NCBI GenBank assembly: GCA_944393375.1
Contig: CALXZX010000003.1
Coordinates: forward strand, 3,903 to 67,902
DNA length: 64,000 bases
Origin: an uncultured Clostridia bacterium
Lineage (GTDB): Bacteria > Bacillota > Clostridia > TANB77 > CAG-508
Direction of reading: 5' to 3'
Under the pieces are notes generated by a model. It had not been told where the DNA came from. It did not search any database and saw only the letters and a list, made by a program, of their open reading frames with translations. Below, in pieces: positions 30,739 to 40,603 of the stretch; within the stretch, counting starts at the first letter, position 1; every line of letters starts with the position of its first letter. The translations under genes and the position numbers were made by a program.

Positions 30739-31122
30739 ATGGAAAAAGAAAAGGAAGATAAAAAAGTTCAATCACAAAATAAGGAAAAAATAAACAAGAA
30801 AATAGCTAGAAAAATGATTATTGTTTTCATAGTAGCAATTTTAATTGTTTTATCAGCAGTGTTATATCATAAAGCAACTTCAAAAGATAAAAAAGCAGAA
30901 GAAATTTTTGGCAATGAGTATTGTGAAGCTATTTTACATATGGCAACAAGAGATTTAGTAAAACATGAGTGTAAAATTTGTGGAACAGAATTTCAAGATT
31001 CTTCAATGCATGCAGATATTTGTGAAAAATGTGCAGAAGAAACAGATAGATGTGATTTTTGTGGGAAAAGAATAACAGAAGAAACAAAAGCACAAAGAGA
31101 AAATTTGTCAGAAAATCAATAG
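30739..31122 (+). CDS. Membrane-anchored Cys-rich (zinc-ribbon-like) hypothetical protein
   Basis: One TM segment, then CKICG...CEKC...CDFCG. Confidence 0.55.
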   Translation: MEKEKEDKKVQSQNKEKINKKIARKMIIVFIVAILIVLSAVLYHKATSKDKKAEEIFGNEYCEAILHMATRDLVKHECKICGTEFQDSSMHADICEKCAEETDRCDFCGKRITEETKAQRENLSENQ

Positions 31123-31172
31123 AAGTCAAAAAAAGTAATGGAATAGAAAAAGAGTTAGAATGGAGTAAATAC

Positions 31173-31880
31173 ATGGCAATATATACAATAGGAGACCTTC
31201 ATTTATCCTTTAATGAAAACAAACCGATGAGTGTTTTCGGAGAAAACTGGGAAGGATATGAAGAAAAAGTAAAAGAAAATTGGATAAGTTTGGTAACAGA
31301 AAATGATTTGGTGATTTTACCAGGAGATTTTTCATGGTCAATGTATTTAAAAGATACATATAAAGATTTTGAATATCTAAATTCTCTACCAGGTAAAAAA
31401 CTATTATTAAAAGGTAATCATGATTATTGGTGGTCTACAGTAAATAGTATGAGAAATTATATAAAAGAAAATCAGTTTAAAGATATTGATTTTATATATA
31501 ATAATGCTTATGAATTTGAAAATAAAATCATAGTAGGAACAAGAGGATGGTCTTTTGGTGAAGATGATGAAAGTAAAAAAATGATTCAAAGAGAAGTAGC
31601 AAGATTAGAATTATCTATAAAAAATGGTATAGAAAATTATAGTGTAGATAAGGAAATTATTGCATTTTTACATTATCCACCAATTATAAATCAAAATATA
31701 CAAAACAATGAAATGAATGAATTTATCAAAATGTTAAAAAAATATGATATAAAAAAATGCTACTATGGACATTTACATAGTACAGCGATAAAAGATGCAG
31801 TAGAAGGAGAACATTTTGGAATTGACTTTAAATTGGTTAGTGCAGATGCACTTGATTTTAATTTGATAAAAATCATATAA
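31173..31880 (+). CDS. Metallophosphoesterase
   Basis: GDLHLS, PGDFSW, GNHDYWW and GHLH motifs. RBS tggag precedes the ATG at 31173. Confidence 0.8.
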   Translation: MAIYTIGDLHLSFNENKPMSVFGENWEGYEEKVKENWISLVTENDLVILPGDFSWSMYLKDTYKDFEYLNSLPGKKLLLKGNHDYWWSTVNSMRNYIKENQFKDIDFIYNNAYEFENKIIVGTRGWSFGEDDESKKMIQREVARLELSIKNGIENYSVDKEIIAFLHYPPIINQNIQNNEMNEFIKMLKKYDIKKCYYGHLHSTAIKDAVEGEHFGIDFKLVSADALDFNLIKII

Positions 31881-31885
31881 TAAAC

Positions 31886-31942
31886 TAAGGACATTTGTGT
31901 TTAGATATTTTGGATAAAAATGTGTAAACACAAATGTCCTTA
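31886..31942. repeat. Perfect 18-bp inverted repeat with a 21-nt loop and no U-tract
   Basis: TAAGGACATTTGTGTTTA ... TAAACACAAATGTCCTTA. It contains the GGACATTT core also found in the REP-like family. Confidence 0.6.
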
Positions 31943-32189
31943 ATTGGTTAAAAAATAGAAAAATAGTCTTAGAGTTACATACTCAAAGAACTATTTTATA
32001 CAAATATTTTAGCAATAAATATTTATAAAATCAATCATTTTATAAAAAGTTTTTATAAACTCTTTTTAATTATAAACAAATTATTATATATGAAAAAAAT
32101 AAAGAAAAAAGTTTATGTTTTAATTTATTTTTAACATTCTATTCTTTCTTTAAGTATGTAACTTAAAGAAAGAATAGGAGAGATTACAA

Positions 32190-33953
32190 ATGTGGAAGTT
32201 TATAGTATTAAGGAACAAAAGAGGTGTTACATTATTAGCTTTAGTTATAACAATTATTGTATTATTAATTTTGGCAGGAATTACGATAAGTGCTATAACA
32301 GAAGAAAATGGAATTATCAGAAATGCAGGACAAGCAAAAGAAGAAACAGAAGTAGCAAATGAAAAAGAAGTGATAGAAAAAGCAGTTGTGCAAGCAATGG
32401 GAAATAACAAGTATGGAATTTTAGAAGAAAGTGAATTACAAAATGAATTAGATAAAGAAACAGGAGAAGGAAAGACAGACGCAACAGATATAGGTGAAGA
32501 ATTTGAAGTTATATTTGTTGATAGCAACCGATATTATACAGTTGATAAAGATGGAAATGTAGGAGAAGCACAAGATATTATAAAAGATAAAAATCCAGGA
32601 GATATCACAGTTGGAAAAGATGGAGAGACATTAAATGGAAGTGAAGAAAATCCATATCAAATTTGGTGTATAGAAGATTTAGTAGAATGGTCGCAAAATT
32701 ATGGTAAATATACTAATTCATGTATCAAATTATGTACAACATTAAATTTTAAATCAAAGTTATCATATGCTGATAGTGAGAGAATAGACTATGGAAATCT
32801 TAATGGAAATGAAAATGATGGAAATACGTTAATGAATGAAATGATAACAGGAACAGGATCTAAACCTATCCAATATTTTTATGGTACATTAGATGGCAAT
32901 TTTAATCATCAATATCACGAAATTAAGAATATATATATAAATCAAGAAAAAGATGCAGGTTTCATAATAGCAGGAAATAATAGTACAGTAATAAAAAATT
33001 TAAGTATTTCAGGAGAAATTAGTTCAACAGAACATGCTGCTGGTATTATATGTGGAAACCATGTAGGACATGGAATGACAATTATCAATTGCAAGAATTA
33101 TGCTACGGTTACAGGAAATATAATGGTAGGAGGAATATGTGCTTGGGCAAGAAATATTAGTGTACAGAATTGCGAAAATTATGGAAAAATATATATAGAA
33201 TCTGTAAATTATCCCTATGGAGGTGCAGGGGGTATCATAGCATATGGTAATGGCACCATCCAAGATTGTTGTAACCAAGGTGAAGTATATGGGAATTATA
33301 GATGTGGAGGAATTGTTGGATATGCTAGTAACAATAACATGGAAATAAAAAATTGTTTTAACATAGGAGAAATTCATTCTATAGGAAATTATGCATGTGG
33401 AGGGATTTTGGGAAAAAGTGCAAGTGGAACAATTAATATAATGAATTGTATGAATACAGCAACTATTGGAGAAGAAAGTACAGGAGATGCAGGAGGAATT
33501 GTTGGTGAATATGAAGGTGTTGATTATACAACAGATAGAACATTGAACATATATAATTCTTATAATATAGGAAATGTTGTAAGTCAAAATTATTGTGGTG
33601 GTATTCTAGGAAGACAAGGATTAGTTTCTTTGAGCATACAGTTAAATATAGAAAATTGCTATTCAGCAGGAGAAATAGGAGGAAAGTATGCAGGAGGGAT
33701 TGTAGGAAATTTAACAGATTCAACTTCAAGAACAACAGTTACATCATCTATAAAAAATACATATTATTTAAATACGTCAGCGAATAAAGCAATTTATGAA
33801 GGAACATGTACAGAGAAAGAACAAATTGAAAGTTATGATGTATCTTATATGAAAAGTGAGAAATTTTGTAATATCTTGAACAATCATATTAGGGAAAATG
33901 AAGGCTGGAAAAAATGGATATTCAAAGATAATACCTATCCATCATTTGCATAA
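32190..33953 (+). CDS. Prepilin-like (class III signal, Ala at +5) surface protein with GLUG-motif repeats, 587 aa
   Basis: LRNKR-G/VTLLALVITIIVLLILAGITI N-terminus. At least 8 repeats of the type (C/A)GGI(V/L/I)G...I.NC.N.G (AAGIICGN, VGGICAWA, AGGIIAYG, CGGIVGYA, CGGILGKS, AGGIVGEY, CGGILGRQ, AGGIVGNL). Confidence 0.75.
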   Translation: MWKFIVLRNKRGVTLLALVITIIVLLILAGITISAITEENGIIRNAGQAKEETEVANEKEVIEKAVVQAMGNNKYGILEESELQNELDKETGEGKTDATDIGEEFEVIFVDSNRYYTVDKDGNVGEAQDIIKDKNPGDITVGKDGETLNGSEENPYQIWCIEDLVEWSQNYGKYTNSCIKLCTTLNFKSKLSYADSERIDYGNLNGNENDGNTLMNEMITGTGSKPIQYFYGTLDGNFNHQYHEIKNIYINQEKDAGFIIAGNNSTVIKNLSISGEISSTEHAAGIICGNHVGHGMTIINCKNYATVTGNIMVGGICAWARNISVQNCENYGKIYIESVNYPYGGAGGIIAYGNGTIQDCCNQGEVYGNYRCGGIVGYASNNNMEIKNCFNIGEIHSIGNYACGGILGKSASGTINIMNCMNTATIGEESTGDAGGIVGEYEGVDYTTDRTLNIYNSYNIGNVVSQNYCGGILGRQGLVSLSIQLNIENCYSAGEIGGKYAGGIVGNLTDSTSRTTVTSSIKNTYYLNTSANKAIYEGTCTEKEQIESYDVSYMKSEKFCNILNNHIRENEGWKKWIFKDNTYPSFA

Positions 33954-34113
33954 AACAAATCTAATCAATATAAATAAGAACACAAAGTCTTAAGTTGTTG
34001 AAATAAGCAAACTTGAGGCTTTACTTATTTTTGTACAAATGATATAATTGCTCTAGTATTTATTGACAAAAAATTAAGGAATTGATAATATATACATATA
34101 ATGGGGGAGAAGT

Positions 34114-34605
34114 ATGAATATATATCCAGATGCATATTTTAAAAGAGTAGAAGATATAGATGTAGAATTTTTGAATAAACATAAAATTAAAGCATTATTA
34201 TTGGATGTAGATAACACACTAGTAGACCATACTAAAAAAATGACAGAAAGTGTTATCAAATGGACAAAAGAATTAAAAGGTCAAGGTGTAAAATTATATA
34301 TACTATCCAATACAAATGATAAAGAAAAAATTGAAAATATTGTAAAAAAAATAGATATACCTTATCAGCATTTTGCAATGAAACCACTAAAAAGAGGTTT
34401 CAAAAAAGCACAAAAAGCATTAGGGGAAAAAAGTGAAAATATAGCAATTGTAGGAGACCAAATATTTACAGATGTGATTGGTGGAAAAAGATGCAATATG
34501 TATACCATATTAGTAGAGCCAATAAAAGAAAAAGATTTTTGGTATACTGCATGGAAAAGACCAATAGAGAATAAAATTAAAAATAAAATGAAAACAAATA
34601 AATAA
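34114..34605 (+). CDS. yqeG: YqeG-family HAD-IIIA phosphatase
   Basis: LLLDVDNTLV, SNT and GDQIFTDV HAD motifs. Confidence 0.8.
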   Translation: MNIYPDAYFKRVEDIDVEFLNKHKIKALLLDVDNTLVDHTKKMTESVIKWTKELKGQGVKLYILSNTNDKEKIENIVKKIDIPYQHFAMKPLKRGFKKAQKALGEKSENIAIVGDQIFTDVIGGKRCNMYTILVEPIKEKDFWYTAWKRPIENKIKNKMKTNK

Positions 34606-34649
34606 GCAAAAGATAAAATATGACATTAAAAAGAAAAAAGGAGAAGAAA

Positions 34650-35399
34650 ATGTATTATAATGATGTACATATAGGATATTACTTAGCAGTTGCGATATTA
34701 GGACTGTTTGTAGGACAATTGGTTGATTGGGCAAATAAACGATTACCAGAATATAAAAAGTTTTTATCATTAGATATATTTAAAGAATATAAAAGAAACT
34801 TTAAGCCAAACTATATATTAATGTTATTAACATCAGCAATTTATGTAACATTAGTTTATACATTGGGAATAAAGGATACATTGATTGCGAATTTAGATTT
34901 GATAAAATTTTTGATTTTAACACCAATGCTATTATCGGCATTTGTTATAGATTATAAATTGCAAATCATACCCAATAGACTAAATTTAACTATATTTGAA
35001 GTTGGATTAATATTTGCATTTATATATGGACTATCTGATGTAGCGATTACTTTAAATATGTTATTAGGAATGTTAGCAGGTGCAGGAATCTTTTTACTAA
35101 TTACATTAGTAGGAGGATTATTCTATGGAAAAGAAGCCATGGGATTTGGTGATGTTAAATTAATGGGGGCATTAGGATTATTTTTTGGATTGTCCAATAT
35201 TGTGGTAATCACATTAATATCTTTCTTAATAGGAGCAATTTTAAGTATAGGATTGTTAATCACAAAAGTAAAGAAAACAGATGAATATATACCATTTGGA
35301 CCATTTATAGTTATAGCAACATTTATTAGTATGTATATACCATTTGAAACAATAAAATTTGTATTAATGAAAATATTTACATTAGGAATGTATAATTAA
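34650..35399 (+). CDS. Prepilin peptidase (A24 family)
   Basis: Polytopic protein. Catalytic-Asp motifs FVIDYKLQIIPNRL and GFGDVKLMGALG, plus IPFGPF. RBS aaaggag precedes the ATG at 34650. Confidence 0.85.
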   Translation: MYYNDVHIGYYLAVAILGLFVGQLVDWANKRLPEYKKFLSLDIFKEYKRNFKPNYILMLLTSAIYVTLVYTLGIKDTLIANLDLIKFLILTPMLLSAFVIDYKLQIIPNRLNLTIFEVGLIFAFIYGLSDVAITLNMLLGMLAGAGIFLLITLVGGLFYGKEAMGFGDVKLMGALGLFFGLSNIVVITLISFLIGAILSIGLLITKVKKTDEYIPFGPFIVIATFISMYIPFETIKFVLMKIFTLGMYN

Positions 35400-35420
35400 T
35401 AATATATGGGGGATGATAAC

Positions 35421-36479
35421 ATGAATCCTAAATTACAATGGTTAAGAAATAAAATGTCTAGTCTAGATTTACAGGGGCTAATTATATCCAATCCGATTAA
35501 TATCAAATATCTAACGAATATAGATGCAGAAGGAATATTATTATTAACTAGAAAAGAAAATATTTATATAACAGATGCAAGATATATTGAACATGTGCAT
35601 AGTATATTAACATTATATGATGAAATTATAGTCTATGATATGAATGATGTATCAAAAGAAGATTATGAAAATTTCTTTATGTTTTGTGAAAATGTTGGAT
35701 TTGAAGAACATTATGTCACATATGCACAATACAAAGAATATATGAGGAAATATAAAATTAATAGTTTGGTAGAAACAGAGCATATTATAGAAAAACAAAG
35801 AATGATAAAAGATGAAGAAGAAATCAGTAGTATCAGAAAAGCATGTGAAATTACAGATAATTGTTTTTCATATATGTTAGATTATATCAAACCAGGTATG
35901 ACGGAAAAGCAAATTGCCAATGAAATTGAAGAATATTATAAACAAAGAACAGATGGTTTATCTTTTGATACGATTGTGGCTTCAGGAGAAAATACTTCAA
36001 AGCCACATGCTATTCCAACAGATAGAAAGATAAAAGATGTAGATATCATAACGATTGATATGGGATGTAAAGTAAATGGATATTGCTCAGATATGACAAG
36101 GACATTTTTTGTAGGAGAAGTACCAGAATATGTAAAACCAGTTTATGATTTAGTTTTGAAAAATCAAACACAAACAGCAGATGATTTCAAAGATGGAGCA
36201 AGTACAAGATTGTTAACAAAAATGGTAGAAAATGATTTCAAATTAAATGGATATGATTTAATTCATAGTTTGGGTCATGGAGTAGGCATGGAAATACATG
36301 AAGCACCATATATTAGTTATAAATCAGATACATTACTAAAAGAAAATATGGTTGTAACAAATGAACCAGGAATATATATACCAGGAAAATTTGGAGTAAG
36401 AATAGAAGATACTGTACAAATTACAAAATTTGGTTGTATAAATTTAACCAATTCTGAGAAAAATTATATTGTAATATAA
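35421..36479 (+). CDS. Xaa-Pro aminopeptidase (M24B)
   Basis: DMGCKVNGYCSDMTRT, HSLGHGVGMEIHE and EPGIY metal-ligand motifs. Confidence 0.9.
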   Translation: MNPKLQWLRNKMSSLDLQGLIISNPINIKYLTNIDAEGILLLTRKENIYITDARYIEHVHSILTLYDEIIVYDMNDVSKEDYENFFMFCENVGFEEHYVTYAQYKEYMRKYKINSLVETEHIIEKQRMIKDEEEISSIRKACEITDNCFSYMLDYIKPGMTEKQIANEIEEYYKQRTDGLSFDTIVASGENTSKPHAIPTDRKIKDVDIITIDMGCKVNGYCSDMTRTFFVGEVPEYVKPVYDLVLKNQTQTADDFKDGASTRLLTKMVENDFKLNGYDLIHSLGHGVGMEIHEAPYISYKSDTLLKENMVVTNEPGIYIPGKFGVRIEDTVQITKFGCINLTNSEKNYIVI

Positions 36480-36618
36480 AAAAGCATGCATAACGAAATC
36501 AAAACATATAATAAGCAAAATGGCTTAAAATCAATAAATCTCTTGATTTTTCTTGGAAAGTGTAGTAAAATATATAAAGTTTTGTAATAGTATTTGAAAA
36601 ATGAAAGGAGAAATGAAA

Positions 36619-37185
36619 ATGGCATCAGTATATTCAGCAGGAGATTTTAGAAATGGAACAACATTTGAAATGGATGGAAATGTATATAGAATTGTAGAGT
36701 TCCAACATGTAAAACCAGGAAAGGGTTCTGCATTTGTAAGAACAAAATTAAAAAATGTTATCACAGGTGCAACATTAGAAAAAACATTTAACCCAGGAGA
36801 TAAATTCCCAGCAGCACAAATAGAAAAGAAAAATATGCAATATTTATATAATGATGGAGGTTTATATTATTTCATGGATAATGAAACATATGACCAAATT
36901 CCATTAAATGAAGAACAAATAGGTGATTGTTTAAAATACTTAAAAGAAAATATGGAAGTAACCATTCTTTCATATAAAGGAAATGTATTTGCAGTAGAAC
37001 CACCAATATTTGTTGAATTAGAAGTTACATACACTGAACCTGGATTTAGTGGAAATACAACAACAACATCAGGAAAACCAGCAAAATTAGAGACAGGTTT
37101 AGAAATTCAAGTACCATTATTCGTTGAAATTGGAGATATTTTAAGAATAGATACCAGAACAGGCGAATATATGGAAAGAGTATAG
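36619..37185 (+). CDS. efp: Elongation factor P
   Basis: [49 protein letters not shown] aaaggag. Confidence 0.95.
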   Translation: MASVYSAGDFRNGTTFEMDGNVYRIVEFQHVKPGKGSAFVRTKLKNVITGATLEKTFNPGDKFPAAQIEKKNMQYLYNDGGLYYFMDNETYDQIPLNEEQIGDCLKYLKENMEVTILSYKGNVFAVEPPIFVELEVTYTEPGFSGNTTTTSGKPAKLETGLEIQVPLFVEIGDILRIDTRTGEYMERV

Positions 37186-37199
37186 AAAGGTGAATCTTA

Positions 37200-37724
37200 A
37201 TGGCTAAACTAAGAGAAGAATATAAAAAATTTTTAGAGGACATAGAAAAGAATTTAAAGAATAAAGAAGATTTAGAATATGTAAAAGTCAGATTTTCAAT
37301 GTTTGTTGATAAAGTCATTGACGAAATGGATATGCTTGTAGACTATAAAGCACAGAAAATGAGTGAATTAGAACAAAAACAAAAAGAAATTGAGGATAAA
37401 ATGAGTAAAATGCAACAAATTATTGATAATATCGAAAAAGATATATATTCTGATGAAGGTTTTGATTTTGAAATCATTTGTCCATATTGTGATAATCAAT
37501 TTGTGATAGATGTTGACGAAGATAAAACAGAAGTAGAATGTCCAGTTTGCAATAATATTATTGAATTAGATTGGTCAGGAGATGTAGAAGAAGATTCAAA
37601 TTGTAATGGAAGTTGTTCAGGTTGCCATGGATGTGATGAAGAAATGGAAGAACAACAAGAAGATAAAAAACAATCAACTCAAAATGAAGAAAATAAAGAA
37701 GAAAATAATGATGATGATATGTAA
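37200..37724 (+). CDS. Zinc-ribbon protein with an acidic tail (CD1247-N-terminal-domain-like)
   Basis: CPYCDN...CPVCNN ribbon and a Cys/acidic C-terminus, in the conserved position after efp. Confidence 0.55.
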   Translation: MAKLREEYKKFLEDIEKNLKNKEDLEYVKVRFSMFVDKVIDEMDMLVDYKAQKMSELEQKQKEIEDKMSKMQQIIDNIEKDIYSDEGFDFEIICPYCDNQFVIDVDEDKTEVECPVCNNIIELDWSGDVEEDSNCNGSCSGCHGCDEEMEEQQEDKKQSTQNEENKEENNDDDM

Positions 37725-37773
37725 ATAAAAGAAAAAGTGTCATAAATGGAGAAAATCCATTGTGGCACTTTTT

Positions 37774-38367
37774 TTAGAAAAAAATTAGTGGGTTCTGATA
37801 TTTTCCATCTATTCGAATTCCCAAATGAAGATGTGTACCAGTTGTGGCACCATTTGTAGGTTTACCAGTAGAATCAGAATATTGATTACCTTTTACGCCA
37901 TAAACATATTTAGGACCAACATAGCCAATGACTTGTCCTTGTTTTATTTTATCTCCAACTTTTACAATATAATTTGGAGAACAATGACAATAGGTAACTT
38001 TGTAATTATCAAAAGAAAGAGTAATGGTATATCCACCAGCACCTAAAAATTGTGTGAATGTGATTTCTCCATCAGCTACTGCAATTAATTTTGTTCCTTC
38101 AGGTGCAGGAATATCAATTCCAGAATGAGATGAAGAAGCGCCAGAAGTAGGAGAAACTCTTTTACCAAAATAAGAGCTAATTCTTGTGTATCCTGGAATA
38201 GGCCAAACAAAACCATCTGGATTAATAGAAATAATTTCAGAATTTAAAGTGTTTTCATAATAAACACTATTTGAACTTATTATAGGGCTAAAAAAGATAG
38301 TAATAAATAAAATCATAAAAATAAGTATGAAAATAAAAGATTTTATATTTTGAAAAATAAAAATCAC
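37774..38367 (-). CDS. M23-family (LytM-like) peptidoglycan metalloendopeptidase; start uncertain
   Basis: HSGIDIPAPEGTKLIAVADGEI and GTHLHLGIRIDG motifs. The ORF-track start at 38490 runs through tRNA-Trp. Plausible starts after the GAGGTG RBS are GTG 38367, ATT 38358 and ATG 38316. Confidence 0.8.
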   Translation of the reverse strand: MIFIFQNIKSFIFILIFMILFITIFFSPIISSNSVYYENTLNSEIISINPDGFVWPIPGYTRISSYFGKRVSPTSGASSSHSGIDIPAPEGTKLIAVADGEITFTQFLGAGGYTITLSFDNYKVTYCHCSPNYIVKVGDKIKQGQVIGYVGPKYVYGVKGNQYSDSTGKPTNGATTGTHLHLGIRIDGKYQNPLIFF

Positions 38368-38425
38368 CTCATTTAAATAAAAAAATAGAAACCATAAAAC
38401 TGTTGCACAGTCTGGTTTCCATTGT

Positions 38426-38499
38426 GGCAGGGGTAGAAGGACTCGAACCCTCACAGGCGGTTTTGGAGACCGATGTGCTACCATTAACACTATACCCCT
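38426..38499 (-). tRNA. tRNA-Trp (anticodon CCA), CCA end encoded
   Basis: The reverse complement reads AGGGGTATAGTGTTAATGGTAGCACATCGGTCTCCAAAACCG...GGTTCGAGTCC...TACCCCTGCCA. Anticodon loop CTCCAAA. Confidence 0.9.
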
Positions 38500-38573
38500 A
38501 TCAATGATTTAATTACGACAATTAATATATTAGCATAAAAAAAAGATTTTATCAATATTTTTTTTGAAAATTA

Positions 38574-38602
38574 TTGACTTTTTTAAATAAAGATAATAAA
38601 AT
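38574..38602 (+). promoter_or_regulatory. Putative promoter of the glyQS T-box leader
   Basis: TTGACT, a 17-nt spacer, then TAAAAT. Confidence 0.5.
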
Positions 38603-38629
38603 ATATAAAATTAAATATCTATAGTGAAG

Positions 38630-38820
38630 AAGAAAAAATACTGTAACATTTATTTAAAGAGAGTTGGTGAAGGTGAGATACCAGCAATAAATAAGTATGG
38701 GGAGCTTTGGAGTAGATTTAGAAATGAAGGTGCTTAAAACTTTTAGTTTTAGGAAATAGGGTGGAAACGCGGAATATAACTTTCGTCCCTAGCTTATGCT
38801 AGGTATGAAAGTTTTTTTGT
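38630..38820 (+). promoter_or_regulatory. T-box riboswitch leader (glycine specificity inferred from the downstream gene) with terminator
   Basis: Stem I AGAGAG...GGTGA elements. Conserved T-box sequence AATAGGGTGGAAACGCGG (38754-38771). Terminator ACTTTCGTCCCTAGC-ttat-GCTAGGTATGAAAGT followed by TTTTTTT. Confidence 0.8.
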
Positions 38821-38822
38821 TA

Positions 38823-38945
38823 AAATCGATTAGATTCATCATCTAGCACATTTTCGTAATTTATTTCAAACCTCGATGTACAAATGTACACCTTCGGCTT
38901 GAAATAAATCACAAAAATGCACTATATAATAAATATAATCGATTT
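38823..38945. repeat. 123-nt imperfect palindrome (MITE- or hairpin-RNA-like) inserted between the T-box terminator and the glyQS RBS
   Basis: Arms are 38823-38882 and 38885-38945, with termini AAATCGATTA / TAATCGATTT. 41 of the outer 50 positions are complementary. All 7 transition mismatches become G-U pairs only on the minus strand. Confidence 0.7.
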
Positions 38946-39043
38946 AAGAAAATAGAGGTAAATTCATTATTTATTGCATTTTCTTATTTAATACAAAAAA
39001 ACTTTCATGTTACTGGCAAATAAAATTAGAAGGAGGAATTGTT

Positions 39044-40426
39044 ATGTTAAAATCAATGGATACTTTAGTAGCACTTTGCAAAAACAGGGGATATATTTAC
39101 CCAGGTTCAGAAATTTATGGAGGATTAGCTAATACTTGGGATTATGGACCTTTAGGAAATGAATTAAAAAACAATGTCAAAATGGCATGGAGAAAAAAAT
39201 TTATTCAAGAAAGTAAATATAATGTAGGATTAGATGCAGCGATATTAATGAATCCTACAACATGGGTAGCTTCAGGACATGTAGGAGGTTTCTCTGATCC
39301 ATTAATCGATTGTAAAGAATGTAAAACAAGACATAGAGCAGATAAATTAATAGAAGAATGGGCACATGAAAATGGAAAAGATATGATTGCAGATGGTATG
39401 TCTGATAAAGAATTGATAGATTTTATTAATGAAAATAAAATACCATGTCCAAATTGTGGAAAAACAAATTTCACAGATATTAGAAAATTCAATTTAATGT
39501 TTAAAACATTCCAAGGAGTAACAGAAGATAAAACAGCAGAGATATATTTAAGACCAGAAACAGCACAAGGTATATTTGTAAACTTTAAAAATGTAATGAG
39601 AACAACTAGAAGAAAATTACCAATGGGAATTGCACAAATAGGAAAAGCTTTTAGAAATGAAATTACACCTGGAAACTTTACATTTAGAACAAGAGAATTT
39701 GAACAAATGGAACTAGAATTTTTCTGTAAGCCAGGAACAGATTTAGAATGGCATGCATATTGGAAAGAATTCTGTAAAAATTGGTTATTAGACTTAGGAA
39801 TCAAAGAGGAAAATATTAGATTAAGAGATCATTCAAAAGAAGAATTATCACATTATAGTAATGCAACAACAGATATAGAATTTACTTTCCCATTTGGTTG
39901 GGGAGAATTATGGGGAATTGCTGATAGAACAGACTTTGACCTAAAGAGCCATATGAAAGTTTCAAAAGAAGACTTTACCTATACAGATCCAGAAACAAAT
40001 GAAAAATATGTACCATATTGTATAGAACCATCTTTAGGAGCAGATAGAGTTGCATTAGCCTTTCTATGCAATGCTTATGATGAAGAAGAAATTGGTGAAG
40101 GAGATACAAGAGTAGTATTACATTTACATCCAGTATTAGCACCATTCAAAATAGCGGTACTTCCATTATCTAAAAAATTATCAGAAAAAGCACAAGAGGT
40201 ACATGAGAAATTATCAAAGAAATTTATGTGTGATTATGATGAAACAGGAAGTATTGGAAAGAGATATAGGAGAGAAGATGAAATCGGTACACCATATTGT
40301 TTAACAGTAGACTTTGATACACTTGAAGATAATACAGTAACCATTAGAGATAGAGATACCATGGAACAAATTAGAATTCCAATTGATGATGTAGAAAAAT
40401 GGTTGGAAGAAAAATTAGAATTTTAA
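39044..40426 (+). CDS. glyQS: Glycine--tRNA ligase (homodimeric GlyQS type)
   Basis: 460 aa. [19 protein letters not shown]-terminus and class II motifs ([29 protein letters not shown]). RBS aaggagg. Confidence 0.95.
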   Translation: MLKSMDTLVALCKNRGYIYPGSEIYGGLANTWDYGPLGNELKNNVKMAWRKKFIQESKYNVGLDAAILMNPTTWVASGHVGGFSDPLIDCKECKTRHRADKLIEEWAHENGKDMIADGMSDKELIDFINENKIPCPNCGKTNFTDIRKFNLMFKTFQGVTEDKTAEIYLRPETAQGIFVNFKNVMRTTRRKLPMGIAQIGKAFRNEITPGNFTFRTREFEQMELEFFCKPGTDLEWHAYWKEFCKNWLLDLGIKEENIRLRDHSKEELSHYSNATTDIEFTFPFGWGELWGIADRTDFDLKSHMKVSKEDFTYTDPETNEKYVPYCIEPSLGADRVALAFLCNAYDEEEIGEGDTRVVLHLHPVLAPFKIAVLPLSKKLSEKAQEVHEKLSKKFMCDYDETGSIGKRYRREDEIGTPYCLTVDFDTLEDNTVTIRDRDTMEQIRIPIDDVEKWLEEKLEF

Positions 40427-40430
40427 TTTT

Positions 40431-40472
40431 GTCCATTTGGGACAATTGGGGACGTTTCTGTTTGGACATTTT
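40431..40472 (+). repeat. REP-like repeat, copy R4 (GTCCATTTGGGACAATTGGGGACGTTTCTGTTTGGACATTTT)
   Basis: Begins 5 nt after the glyQS stop. Identical core to R1. Confidence 0.9.
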
Positions 40473-40507
40473 ATGAACTTTGAGGAGATTCCTTAAAGTT
40501 CATTTTC
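40473..40507 (+). terminator. Terminator hairpin T1 of the GAACTTTA-type family
   Basis: ATGAACTTTGAGG-agatt-CCTTAAAGTTCAT followed by TTTC. The right arm is identical to T3. Confidence 0.65.
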
Positions 40508-40603
40508 ATGTATAAAGTATGAAACTTTTATTTAAAAGAAAAATACTATGATTTCCATATATTTTATGATATATTAGATATACTACATATATGAGGTGAG
40601 GGT

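Noticed and set aside
33024-33587. 187-aa ORF on the minus strand inside the GLUG-repeat gene, and similar long antisense ORFs at 3279-3722, 12328-12735, 16681-17055, 39205-39804 and 53897-54325.
   Set aside because: Each lies fully inside and antisense to a gene with clear family motifs. They have no RBS and a low-complexity Ile/Ser/Phe-rich composition, typical of shadow ORFs in AT-rich DNA.
38368-38490. N-terminal extension of the M23 peptidase ORF (MLMVAHRSPKPPVRVRV...).
   Set aside because: It reads through tRNA-Trp on the same strand. The real start must lie downstream of the GAGGTG RBS at about 38367-38372.
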